Assembly: GCF_006345805.1 (NCBI RefSeq)
Contig: NC_043004.1
Span: 15,314,001 to 15,378,000, forward strand
DNA from: Octopus sinensis
Lineage: Eukaryota
DNA: 64,000 nt
Reading direction: 5' to 3'
In this document: positions 11,541 to 25,556 of the stretch, piece after piece
Layout: every line of letters begins with the position of its first letter
Numbering within the stretch: position 1 is the first letter of the stretch
The notes under the pieces: generated by a model
The model's input: the letters and a program-made list of their open reading frames with translations, nothing else
Database searches by the model: none
Told to the model about the DNA's origin: nothing
Translations under genes and position numbers: made by a program

Positions 11541-14500
11541 TATAAGCACACAAATTTTCATCTAGGACAAAGTTGTAGAAAAATATTTGATAAATTAATA
11601 CTATAGTTATAATTACTTCTCACAATTTATGCATCTAGTACTATATTAATTAACATATGTTTAATTAAAATGGCTTTAATATCCATTGTCTACACACCAA
11701 CAAATAAAAATAAAAATTTAATCTTGTATGTGAGCATAAGTATTCAAATAGAGATTCAGATATTGTCAAATATGAAGCATTTCATACTCACATACGTGCA
11801 TCCATGCATAGGACACACACGAACACGCGCACACCTATATGGTTACATGTGTACGTGTGTATACCGTATGTGTATTCGTGTATATTTATGTATGTGCGTC
11901 GAACAGTTGCATAAAAAGAATTGTAATTCCATCTGTCTATCGTTTGTGCCCCATGCAATTGAATGGTTTATTATGCCATTTACTACCATAGTAATCTCTA
12001 CGTCAGTAATTTAATTACACTCTTTTCTAGGTGTTATGGCTTTTCCAAGGAGATCAGATCTATCATAGCACTGTTTGTTTTAAAATTAAACAGAAAAATG
12101 GAAATTAATCATTTCTCTTATTATAGAAATTTGGCAAACAAAATAAACTAAAATTATTTTTAGAAACACAAACTATTTCAAACAGTATTTATTTTAATTT
12201 TAATTTAGAAACATTTAATTTTACAAATACGAGATATCAGGCAAGAAATGAAATATCTTGGCAAACGTACCAAAATCCATTGTTGTAAACCGTTTTCTAG
12301 TTGATATATAATTCATTGCAACCATGTAAACAGGTAACTTGCCACCCATAATATGGCGGGTACTCTTGCCGCCATGGTTAATATCAGAAATATGACATCC
12401 GTCCAATAATTATAATTTAGTTCTTGGCAAATTTGCCGCTCTTTCTACTTACATTTCTTTTTTCTTAAGCTAATCGTTCCTTCCTGCGCATTGCTGGCTT
12501 AGTTCCTTCTATTTTCTAGTTTCATGAAATCTTTCATAGTACGAAGCATTATGCATTATCCACACACTTGAGTGACGTTTGTTTGATTTGATAATTTACT
12601 ACGAGCTGTGAGACTATAGACGGTACTTATATTTGATAATACAACACAGATTACCTTAAATTGAGACGAAAAAATGCTTTCCCTAAAAGAATAACTGCTT
12701 ACGAATTTTACTTTAGCATTTTTTCTTCATCACTATCCAACAATTAAAATATTTTATACTTTAAAACAAAATATCGGTCGTTCACAGTGTCACATGCCTT
12801 TTTCTCCCACTCCCCTTCCGTCTATTCCTACTTACTGTTTCACTCCGACCATATAGAGAAGCAGATTGTAAAAAAATATGGTGTTTTATATTTTCTGAAT
12901 TATATCATAAAACAGTAAATATATAAATTTAATCCATCTTAATAATCAGAAGCAGTTAGTGTTGTAGAAAATATAAAAATATATTAACTGGAAGTGATGT
13001 GAGAGACATCCATCAGTTTCATAAAATAATAAGTGAAATATCTAAATTTTATTCACTCAACTCACTCGTTATGCCGCGTCAACGGACACGTATTTGTATA
13101 GAATCTTCAAATGACTGGAGGTAAGGAACACCTTAACTTACTACACACAACGATGAAAGGCCCAGGGAAGGTAATTCAATGCCTTCCTACTTTAACTCAT
13201 ATATCCATACGCATATATGTTAACTAACTACGACGGTTAGTTACATATGTGTGATATTCATTCTTCTTTCTGGTATGCAAATTTGATTTGATGATTTCAG
13301 CTTTTAAAGCTTTTACGTAGTTATATATCTAATTCGCTCCTGCTATAATAAGCACGATGCTGCTTAAAAGATAGGGAATATCTCTCCCTAGTAGGTTACA
13401 TATATTTCACTGGTATATATTCACTTCCTCTAAGATGAGACAGTTAATAATGTACGATATGAGAATGAATCATAGTGGTAAGAGATTCTGGATATCATAA
13501 GATATAGATGGGTGCTTATGCTACTCTGCATCACTTACACAGCTGACCAGAAATACTACAGGCTGTATTTTAAGACGGTGTCTGTATTTTATCTGTGTGA
13601 CTAAAAAGAAAATCTGTCCAACGCTTTTATTGATATCGTTTTTGATTAAACGTATGTGGGGATCAGGGAATTTCATGAAAAATAGTTTTGCTTTGTTGCT
13701 TCGTATTCAAGAGTAGTGTAAAGCATTATAGAAACCGATGATATTTTAGTAGACATGGTATTTAGAAAGAAAATCTAAATCCGTGTTTGTTTATGAGTTA
13801 TGTTAGAAATGTTAGAAGCACATTATTTTCCATTAGGAGGCTGATTTACAGCAATTTCAGTTAAATGTATACTGATATACGTTGGTAACAGACATTGTGT
13901 AAAAATATGCATTAAAATAGAATATATAAACAACAAACACATCAATAATCTTACAGTTATTACAAGAACCTTGATAAGAATTGCCATACATGTGATTTGT
14001 AACAATATTTACTTTTGTTTCATGACTAAATTAATGCGCAATACACATTTTTGACGAAATATTTATAAGGAAGAAATATTTATCTCAAGTCAAGAAGTTT
14101 TCGACAAATAAGATACAAGTATACTGGAAAATAGCAACAGGTTTAATGAATATCCTGAGGGTTAACATAATGTTGATATTCTATGCTGGTTATGGGCAAT
14201 AATTTTAGTAGGCGGGAGTATTTACGTCACTTATCAAATACCGAATGCAGAAGATTATTGCATTGATCCAATATCCAATATATTGTGAATTTGAACTGCA
14301 GAGAGAAAATAGCAATGTCAATAACGTAAACGTAACTGACTGGCTTCATACCAAGAGTAAGATTCTTCCATGTGTGATGCTGGTGTAATTGAATTGAGTG
14401 AAAAAATAAAAACGAAAAAGAAACAATATTTGTGGTGTGAGAATTTTGTTTCTTTTCATTGGCACTCTAAGACAACTAGTAAAAATATTGTTTCAAAAGA

Positions 14501-14954
14501 AATTAGTCATGTGGAAAATATAGTAGCCAGGCTTCTAAAAATATTTTATGCTTTTTTTTTCTTTTAATTTCTGAGATTTGCTGCCACACTTTTCTTTTCT
14601 CAGTACAAGATGAAATAAAAAAAACAAAAGAAACTAAGAAAAAGCGGAAATGTTTATAGCGCTGTTTAGTAGCTTTTTGAACAAAAAAAAAGTTTCTAAT
14701 TTGTTAACCCTAGTGAAATATAGCAGAGTATATGTGGTAAAGGAAAATGAATTCATCAGTAAAAACGTTTTCAAGATATATTTTATGAATAAAACATTCC
14801 CAGGAAACATTAGTATTGATATATGTCCAAAGCTGAAATTTGGAAATTTTTAAACACTACCAACACATGTATCCGCGCTTGTGTTCTTTTGTATATGTAT
14901 GCATATATAAGTATACATACTAGGTACGATTTATGCTTTTGTTTATTCATGTGT

Positions 14955-14982
14955 GTTTGTAAGTATATATATATATATATGC

Positions 14983-15060
<78 letters not shown>

Positions 15061-15100
15061 TGTGTGTGTGTGTATGTGTGTGTGTGTGTATGTGTGTTTG
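14955..15100. repeat. (TA)n(TG)n microsatellite
   Basis: Direct inspection. Confidence 0.95.
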
Positions 15101-15740
15101 TATTCATGTATACATAAAATTTTATACATTTAATATATTTTCCTAAAATACATATAATCGTTTTCACTTTTAAATTACTGGTTATTATTTTATGTATATA
15201 TCTTCATTCGACTATTCCTACGTAGATAGTATATCAAAAGGGTTGGCAAAGTTCTTTTTACTAAACATATTAGCTTAATATTCCAAAACAGCTTTTAAAA
15301 ATATTTTACTATCGCCTGGAAAATCTATTTTAGTTTGTTGTGAAATTAAATAGGATTTTCATAGAATGTAGTTGTGTATTTTTATTTTCCTATCATGTTT
15401 CTTTTTTATGCGCACATTATATGCGCACATTGTATATAGTATTTAAATTTTGCAGGTGTGAGCAATTATGTGAGATAATAAAGTCGTGGATTTTAAGTTC
15501 AAATTAATCCTAACACTTTACCGTGTTAAATACAGCAGTTATGTGTGAAATTCTATTTGAAAAGAAACATCTCTTCAAAATACTGCATTGAAATAGGAAC
15601 TTTTTATCTTGCAGTTTTTGCAAATTTCACACACAGAGTTAATATTATAATTTCTCCATATACACTCAAGGTCTGTCATTCAAGCATAGCTCAAAAATAC
15701 ACACAAAAATGTGTATATGTATGTGAGCGCGTATGTATAT

Positions 15741-15945
15741 TCTTTACTCTTTTACTTGTTTCAGTCATTTGACGGCGGTCATACTGGAGCACCGCCTTTA
15801 GTCGAGCAAATCGACCCCAGAACTTATTCTTTTGTAAGGATAGTACTTATTCTATCGGTATCTTTTGCCGAGCCGCTAAGTTATGGGGACGTCAACACAG
15901 CAGCATCGGTTGTCAAGTGATGTTGGGGGACAAACACAGACACGC
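15741..15945 (-). mobile_element. SINE family B, 3' half
   Basis: Near-identical to the 9978-10170 tail. Confidence 0.88.
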
Positions 15946-16229
15946 AAACTATAAATGAAAATATGTATAAATACAGACGCATATACGCATATATAAAGAT
16001 GTTTGTATGTTTCTTTATTTCACTGCTATCCACATAACGGAAAATTATAATTTAATGCATATTAGCTTACGTAATGTATACAGTTACTGATAATTATGCC
16101 AGAAAAATAATATGGTCAGTGAAATAAAGATATCATCACGACTGAAAGCAATACCTCGGATAAATCCATGTATTTTGATTATAATGAGAAAGACGAATAT
16201 ATGATTGTTTATAAGTAGTTATGATATTA

Positions 16230-16262
<33 letters not shown>

Positions 16263-16267
<5 letters not shown>

Positions 16268-16475
16268 ATTAGGGTTCAGCAAAAATTACTTTACCAGACA
16301 CCCTAACCCTAACCCTAAAAGTTCTAAAAGTTCGGTGTGTGGTAAAGCAATTTTTGCTGAACCCTAATTATATAAAATAATGTTTAAATTTACCGTAAAG
16401 GGTCCTTTTACATACTGAACACTGCTTGGTAAAATTATTAATTAGTAATTAATTAATTAATTTTACCCTTACTAT
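16263..16475. mobile_element. Fold-back fragment of the 54925-55511 family with (CCCTAA)3 at the apex
   Basis: Arms 16263-16302 / 16334-16373; 16370-16455 is homologous (reverse complement) to 54927-55030; flanked by (TA)n. Confidence 0.8.
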
Positions 16476-17454
16476 TATTGACAATATATATATATATTAT
16501 CTAGGATTTCCCTTTTGAAATTTGCCAAAAAGAATCTTAATTGTAGAGACATTTAAAAAGCATAGTATTTCTATTTGTAATGCTAAAACGAGATATCGAA
16601 ATGAATGATACTCGTCTGATTGTTGTATCTAGGTATCATTAGGCCTGAAGTGAACGTTGGTACTTTTAGTTATAATCATGTTAGAAAATGTGTAAAATTC
16701 AAGTAACGTTTGCGTCTGTCTGTAATTGCTAGTAAATTAATACAAGAATCATAGCTTTAGCCGCAGGAAACGGAAGTGTACTAGTGTACTAATTAAGACA
16801 GTCAATACGATTGTGCTTATTGCTGTTTTCTTGTACTACAAAGGAATTAATAGAATTTTATTTGAACAATCACTTCTATACAACAATAGCCAAAATATTG
16901 GTTTGTTGGCTGGTTAGCTGGTTGGTGGGGAGTTGGGTGCTTGCATGATTTCTCTATTTACGCTTTACATCGTATAGAGACATGAATCGCGAAAGTATGA
17001 AAAAAAGAGAGATACAGAGGGGAAGGATCAAAGAGATAGAGGATGGAGTTGATACTGGTGTAAGCAACAGAGTAGTTATGGCGGATAAATATGCAAATGC
17101 GTGTGTGAAACGAAAGCTGTGTCTTAGTGTAGGTGAAAGAAACAATTTATAAAATATATCTAAATAGATCGTATACACATACATAAAGTATATATCACAT
17201 GGTATACGCATTACTGGAAATAATTTTTCACTTTATTTCAAAATATATATTATATTCAAAAAATAAAACAAATATTGAAGTTAAAATTAGTTACCATATC
17301 GATAATATATATATATATACATATTATAGATAGATAGATCGATAAATAGATAGAAAGACAGGGGAATAATAATGTGGTACACCACTAGTCACTTTCAATG
17401 TTAAAACTTTCTAATATTTAGAAAATGCAATCTAGCAGAGAAAGGTTTTCATTG

Positions 17455-17800
17455 TTGTAAAGGGCAAAGACTCCCTTCGTTTACGAATGACCATGGAATT
17501 GCAGCTAGAAAATTCCTGTCCTTGACACAAGTCCGAGCAAGGTCATTTATGGAAGACAAGTAGTCCCTCATCCATACCAGCCTTCCTTTTTCCAGGCCAC
17601 CGATGTTGTCCAATAAAAGACAACGTCCAATACATCTTGGAACCAGTGACGTCACAATTCGCTTCTAGAGCTGAGTGAACTGGGGCAACTTGAAATAAAA
17701 TGACTTACCCAAGAACACAGCAAACAGCCCGATTCAGGAACTGAACTCACTACCTCACGACTATGAGCCCGACGCTCCTACCACTGAGCCATGCACTTTC
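17455..17800 (-). mobile_element. SINE family C, tail variant 1
   Basis: Reverse-complement homolog of 43708-44051. Confidence 0.85.
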
Positions 17801-17981
17801 ACTGTTGTAGAGTGCGATTATGCAGTTAAAATTTAGTTAAATATTCGGGACCAATCACTTCTCTAGCCATGGTTTTGTTACTAGAATTTCTGTTAAATGT
17901 CTTTAAAAATTAAAAATATATGCATTCTGAAGTATGTTGTAGGGAAAAACTGATAGGGCACGAAGCTATAGGGCTGCCTTT

Positions 17982-18045
<64 letters not shown>

Positions 18046-18099
18046 TGTATGCATGTATGTATGTATGTGTGTGTGTGTTTACATATATATATTTCGTTA

Positions 18100-18283
18100 C
18101 TACTCACAAGGGGATAAACACAGAAGGAACAAACATGGACAGACAAACCGATTAAGTCGATTACATCTACCCCAGTTCATTACTGGTACTTAATTTATCG
18201 ACCCCGAAAAGATGTAAGGCAAAGTCGACATTGACGGAATTTGGACGCCCGGCGTGCTAACGTTTCTGCCAGCTCGCCGCCTT
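18100..18283 (-). mobile_element. SINE family A, internally deleted
   Basis: Ends ctgccagctcgccgcc as at 1518. Confidence 0.85.
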
Positions 18284-21200
18284 ATTATATATACATATAT
18301 ATGTCCTCAGGAATGTACAACCATATACTTTTTAGACATTCTAACAATGGGTTAGAATGCAGTTTACGTGTCTTTTATCAAATGAGATTACATTCACTGT
18401 GGCAGCTACGGCAGTAAAGTCCAACAATATTAAGTGAACTATCTATATCATAACTAATATAGAGCATGTATGTTTATTTTAAATAATATGGAAACGGTGG
18501 ATATATTTTATATAAGATGAAAATAATGACATTTGCAGCAAAAAATTACAGTTATTATCGATGCATGAAATAAGATTCGGGAATAGTGTACAACGACCTC
18601 CAAATCTGTCTTTCTACATGACCATGATAGTTAATTGTTTCATAAACAACTGTAGTAGTTAACACATAGTTAAATAGACAATACACGTTTATACATGTTA
18701 ATCGGATTTGTAAGAACAGTACAACTTATAATGTATACATTCGAACAAATCTTGCAGGTACTACATTTATCAAAACACTGACTGAATAACTAAAAATAAT
18801 TTGATTTATACATTTAGCGACTTTGCTGTATCCGAAACAATTTATGTTAAAATTATACGAAATAGCGTAGTACATAGCAGAACAGGTTTTCAGAGAAATG
18901 AAACGGAACAAAAGTAGCTGTTAGAGCTTAATGTACGCATTCCCTGTCATTATATATTCAATCGTTTACAGACGTTCATATATACATATAAATCACTCCG
19001 GGATCCTATAACCTTCAATTTTCAGTAACTAGTATCAAATGACATTTTTGTTTTGTTTTGTTATAATTAAATCATAAACTTATACATATTCTCTATTCTC
19101 GTATCTGTCACCGGTTTCGAAATAAAAGCATATAACTGGCTTGATATTGTTTTAAGTAGTCCTCGATTTAGAAGCGTTAGATTGAGTAAAGTACCAAAAG
19201 TATCTTATTTATTTGCTTCATATGCATTACACTTAAAACTCAACACATATTTCACTCATCAGCACATTTTTTAATTGGCAACATCGAAATACAGTTATTT
19301 TCTCATTTGCTAGTAAATAGTCCTTGATTTATTTACATTTTATACTTCTACGAATAAAGTGGAAATATAAAGTCATTTTCACATTTACTTAAAGTAATAG
19401 CATAGATTTAATACCTCCAGTTTACGCAACAAGATTCATTGCAAAATGGAAAGTGAAATATGAAACAGTATAAGTTCTACGTTTTATTGTGTGTTTTGAA
19501 GAAGAAACAGATTTAATGAATCGTCACTTTCCTATTTTCATGTTAATAGAATATTTGTGTAGCGTTTCTTTTTCTACTATGATGATAAGCCACTGCTCTA
19601 GGCGGTATTAATTAAACAGCTAATTTAGATGCATCCTTCTATGCATGTAATTTGTTGTCTAGACGTTACACAGTGAATAAACAAGAAAGAATTCGTGAAA
19701 ATAAACTGGAAATTCGTTTGACGTTTGATTTAATGAATCAATGACGGTATTACTCAATCAAAACATGTCGACCTATTTATATATTCTTAACAACATGTGG
19801 TCTAAATATTACTTTGATTTGGAAGGGATAGTTTTTTTTATTACTATAAAAATGTTCATAATTGACACCAATGTTTCGGAAGATGGAAAAAAATTGATAT
19901 GTTAAGTTGGACACGAGAGAACATTATATAGCAAGAAAAGGCGTAATCAAGGAGATAATGAAATACTAGTAAGAAAAACCGTAGAGTTGACAGTAGAAGG
20001 CTAAGTTGGTTTTGAAAATTTCAAGACAGACTGTCTCATATATTTTGCTCTGATGTATGTTAAAGATTTTTCTGTCATAGCTGCGAAGCAATATCATAAT
20101 TAATTCATGTTTGCTGAACACTACTTTCAGAATATTAGAATTTACTTAAGTCTAACGAAATGCATTAAAGTAATGTCCGTAAGAGGATCTTATCCCAGAC
20201 CTTACACCGATTTTCGATGTCCTTACAATTCGTTTAAACACAGAATAAAAAAAAGATCTGAAGACTTCCGTAGCTTATGTTATGAAATAGCAATTCACTT
20301 TGCTAGCAAAATAATAAAAGTAATGGTAATTCTGTGTTTAAAATTACTTTATGGTATTATGATTCAAACAACATACATTTTTCAATCATTGATATGTCTA
20401 TTTTTAAAAAAAAGTGTATTGCGCACTGTAAAACAAACAGGCTGAGAAATAACTTGTGAGGAATAATTTATCGTTTATATATTGAAGGAAATGACTTATC
20501 ATGTTATAAGAGGAAGTTAAATACTCCAACGATCAGGTTAGGGTTTACCAGGAAATTATTTGAATGCTGTCCGATTTTATGCCTCCTGTCACGACATATT
20601 AATTCCGTTCGCGACCTATTTCGATGTAAATTGTCGCATTAAATAACACGTCTACTTTGACAAATGGGTGTTTATTGAGAAAGAGAACTGAGTTTTTATT
20701 AATTACATTATACATCATTGAATATGTACAAGCTAATGTTACCATATCATATAAATCATTATTGCTTTGAAAACACCCTGATATATTTTATCAGCAACTG
20801 AAACGAAAGTATCAATCATTAATCACAGAAGCATTTCTCTATACTTAGTGTTATTCTCATTGTGTCATATCTGTTGGTGTGCTGGTGTGTTCGTGTATGC
20901 AACATTATTCTTTTGCATTTCTCATCTTACAAATGTCATGAAGGATTTTTATGGCTGTGGCATTTTATGACACATTTACCAGTAATATATTGAACTACGT
21001 TCCTTTATCAATCATGATATATCTTCACGCCTCTAAAGTCAGAGAGAGAAACAACTATTTGTGGATAATATCCAACGATTCTAATAGTTTGTATGGCTTT
21101 CAAAAGTAAACGACAAAAGCAAACAGATCGCGTTTTGATGGTTATTATCAATATGATTTTTAAAACAGTATTTTATATCTACCAAATGATAAATATTTTT

Positions 21201-21341
21201 GGATTTAACAAATTATAGATTCATTGTCTCATACATTTTCTCATAGATACAACAATACAACTAAAGTAACGATTTGATTTTCACCTAATTTAATTTACTT
21301 TTCTGTTTACCTATTTATAAACATCATACCAGTATCAATAT

Positions 21342-21395
<54 letters not shown>

Positions 21396-22804
21396 GTGTG
21401 TATGTGTGTGTGTGTGTACATACACAGAGAGAGAGAAGGGGAGAGAGAAGAAAAAGAGACCTATGTGTCTATATTTATGTATATATATATATATATACTT
21501 TAATTAAAAGCAGCAGACATATGTCAAAAGCTGTTACTCAGAGTTTCATGTACACGTTCGTTGGATATGTGTGTATGTATGTTTTTTATGTACTGCTTTC
21601 TAGTTTTTGTACGTTAGTGTATATAATAAAGCAATATATACATCTACTTATATGCATGATCTACATTTTAAGAAACCATTTCAAAAATTGTCGTGGAGGT
21701 CTCTCAAATGATGTGTGTATTGTTTTGTAAGTTATAATTGATTTAACGCACATTTATGTTTCCATTAGTAACAGTCGTTTTATATACTTTATTCATTTCT
21801 TGTGGATACTTTCTTACAGTTTCTTAAGATAATTAACAGTTTCCAAACTGCATTTTCATGTATCAACTGTTTCTTATTTTTTTAGGCTTGGTTTTAATTC
21901 TATATCGTATTAAATGTGCAGTTAATTTTAATTAATATCTCATCGCTGTGTTTATTTTTATTAAACATCTCTAAAAGTGAACATTTATATTAAAATTTCA
22001 AAAAATGTATCCTTGCATATTTCATTTGATAATCAAATAATGAAGCAATTTAATTTTCCAATCTGAAACATATGTTTATTGAAAAGAAAGAATTAAGATT
22101 TAAATAAATGCTGGTTAGAAATATTAATAATGCATTAAGTTAACACTTTTAAATATACAAGTTTTAAACATTTGTATTCCATAACAAGTTGCTTTAAAAT
22201 TTGCTGTAATTTAGTTTGATGTAATTATTAGCAGAAAGCAAGAATATTTCTAATCTGCCTGTTCTCTATGAGACGATGTCTACCGTAGCTCTAGATTAAT
22301 CATGCGCATATAATCCATTGTAATCTCTTTAAAACAACTGTTTATAACTCCTTTGAATATAAATGGAAAATTCATCCATGGAAATATATATGAATTTGCT
22401 GCCGCACTCACGAAGCTGTATATAAGAATAATAAAAATATAAAAATGAAAAAATATGCATAAAAGTCTTTTGAAGAACAAGCAATTGTTTAATACATCAA
22501 TCATTGTAGGGAAAAATAGGATACATTGAAATTTGAAGTGCGTATAATAAAAGTAATAATGAGATTTGATAATTTAGGAGTCAAAAACACAGTTGAGAAT
22601 TTCCGTTGCCTGAATGTAGATACAGGAAATGAAATTTAGATCGCATGGGAATTCTTTTTTAAGGTTAATTCATAGTGAATTCACTTTAACGTTTTTTTTT
22701 TTTAACTAATCCATATAACCGAAGGAAAAGATTATCTGAAATACTTATCCTGACTCAGATGTATAATATTTTAGTTGAGAGTGGCACAAGGCATTTTAAC
22801 ATTC

Positions 22805-23182
22805 TCTCTTTCACTTGTTTCAGTCTTTGACTGCGGCCAAGCTGGAGCACCACCTTTAGTCGAGCAAATCGACCCCGGGACTTATTCTTTGGAAGCCTAG
22901 TACTTATTCCATTGGTCTTTTTTGCCGAACTGCTAAGTTACGATGACGTAAACACACCAGCATCGGTTGTCAAGCGATGTTGGGGGGACAAACACAGACA
23001 CACAAACATATACACCCATACATATATATACACATATACGACAGGCTTCTTTCAGTTTCCGTCTACCAAATCCCCTCACAAGGATTTGGTGGGCCCGAGG
23101 TTATAGTAGAAGTCCAATATGCCACGCAGTGGGACTGAACCCGGAAACATGTGGTTCGTAAGCAAGCTACTTACCACACAGC
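22805..23182 (-). mobile_element. SINE family B, near full length
   Basis: Homologous to 9978-10402. Confidence 0.9.
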
Positions 23183-24749
23183 AACTTTCCATATTATTTG
23201 CATGCTATTTACAAAATTCATGTGCATACAATTGCCTAAGCATGCATGTACACAGATGCAGAAGATCTCACAGACACATATACACACAACACACACACAC
23301 ACATACATACACACATACATACATACATACATACATACATACATACATACATACATACATACATACATACATACAAATGAAGAGACGGAGTGAAAGAGCG
23401 AGAATATAAGGTAACAGAAACCTCCATGCAGTTACACTGTATAGCACGGCATGTAAACTAATGCTTTGAACTCAAATACCAAAGTTATGATAAAGCTCAA
23501 AGACCGGAGAAAATTAGTGGTCATCATGATAGACGATGACTATAAAATTTCTTCCATCATCAGGGACATTTAGAATTTGGAAAAAAGTTATTTCAATGAA
23601 ATATTGTGGAAACTAATACGAAAAGCCACCAGGCAAAAGTCACCATATGTATTGTATCTCTACCTAAATGGCTCAAACCCTTGTGCCTATTTAATTGTAT
23701 TAGGAACATTGTTTGTGTCTGTGTATGTAATGCATGCACTGAATGCCTTATTATTTGTGTAATATATAATTGATTATTAATAATTTTCACTACATTCATT
23801 GCAGCCATATTTACATTTATTTCGCATTCCTTCATTTCTTAGCCTAAATTGTAAACGATCGATATTATTTAACAAGTGTAAGTAGCGAAAGCTCCAGTTT
23901 GCTTTGCAAGAAAAGAAGGAAAAGCAGTGAATTAATTGCTTTCCTGTTCGTTTGAGGAGGGAGCATCAACAATAAATACAAAACAAATAAGTGAGTGATC
24001 AACAGAGAGAAAGGCGAATTTTTCTTCTTATTTTCAGTTATATTCAGCAAGAGCAATGGTATTAGTCTCTTCGTATTTTATTTTTGCTCTTCGAGAAACG
24101 GGTGTCAAAAGAGAGGCAAAATAAACGGGTGAGTGTTTAATAGAAAGACGAAAAGAAGCTGTGTGAAATAATCAAGAAAACTCTGGAATCACATGACTGA
24201 ATTCAAGTCTTAAGAAGGGATCAAAAATACCCTCTCCTTTGGTTAAATCGATTTAGATAGTTAGCGTGTATGGTAAGGAGTTTGCTTCCTAACTACATGG
24301 TTTCAGGTCCACACTTCCAATAATGTCTAAGAAACTAAACACTTGATCAAGGGGCGGGGAACAGGAGGTGTAGGGATGCACTTGCACCCCCTAAAATTTT
24401 TTACCAAAGTGATCGACGAATTTGCCGTCAACCTCTACCACTGTTCATCTCAAAATTTACTTTAACTTGTATGTTTTATTTTCATTAGAGTGAGACACAA
24501 GATACTATTTTAAAAATCAAGGAAGCGGTAAGGAACCTTCAAAATTCGTGTACATCTGTTTTATCTTAGAAAAAAGTTATAACTATAAATTGCAAAAAAT
24601 ATAATTAGAATGATCTTTTAAATCAGCTTTAATATGTAAGATTCCACTGAAAAACAAACATATCCTCTTTAAATTTTTTTTTTCTGATTTTGTTTCTATA
24701 TAAAATGTTCTTGAGAAATAAGTATGGTTCACTATGATATTTCTTGCTA

Positions 24750-24905
24750 ATGCAGCGAACAAATGGGTTGAAATCTGGTACTTAATCTATCGACCTCTAT
24801 CGGATGAAAAGCAAAGTCGACCCCGGTGGTCTTTCAACTCAGAGCGCAAGCGCGGGCGAAATACTGCAAAGCGTCCCCTCCGACATGCTAACAACTCTGC
24901 CAGCT
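24750..24905 (-). mobile_element. SINE family A, diverged
   Basis: gtacttaatctatcgacc...catgctaacaactctgccagc. Confidence 0.75.
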
Positions 24906-25009
24906 TTTGTCTCAATATGGATATGATTTTATTGCTGGGAATGTTTCCGTATCAAAGTTTTTGAGCAATAATTAATAGGTATAAAGTATTTTTTATTCGA
25001 TAATAATTT

Positions 25010-25556
25010 TCATGAAAAGAGACGGGTCTAGATTTTTTCTATAAGCTCATTGAAAAAGAAAAAATTCGGACTAATACACGACTTTTGGTAGAACTGCAAT
25101 GAGTTTTGTCAATTTATTTTGAATATAATAGTTAAGCAGTAGTAGTATGGCATGCGACTTCATGCATGAAAGATTGGGGCTGAACTGCAGATGAGATGCT
25201 TCAAAGAGTTTGCGCAAAGAAAAAAAAAACAAACGCTTGTTGAAACGAGCTAATCAAATTTGACACCGCTTATATTAAGGAGCAGGCTCAAAAACCTGAC
25301 GCGCACTAATCATGGAATTCCTGTAAATATTTTGGAAATATATGTATGTACGTTTCTCGTGTCTGACTATTTCAAAACGGTGCATCGGGTGGGGGACTAT
25401 TTTCATTTACACATTCCCCATATATCAAATCTTATCATACTACACTTTTCAGGGAAAACGGGAGAGGTTGGAACACACGGAAATCCTCCCACAACCTCAG
25501 TGTGGGTGTGGAAGTGGAATCCATGCCCTAGTTTCCGAGTCCACCCTACGCCACTG
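25010..25556 (+). mobile_element. Possible hAT DNA-transposon 3' remnant
   Basis: Right-end-like ctacgccactg at 25546-25556; FKEFAQRKKK near 25200 resembles the hAT C-terminus; no convincing left TIR. Confidence 0.3.

Noticed and set aside
20107-20445. 112-aa ORF in unique sequence
   Set aside because: No recognisable motif; length is within chance expectation
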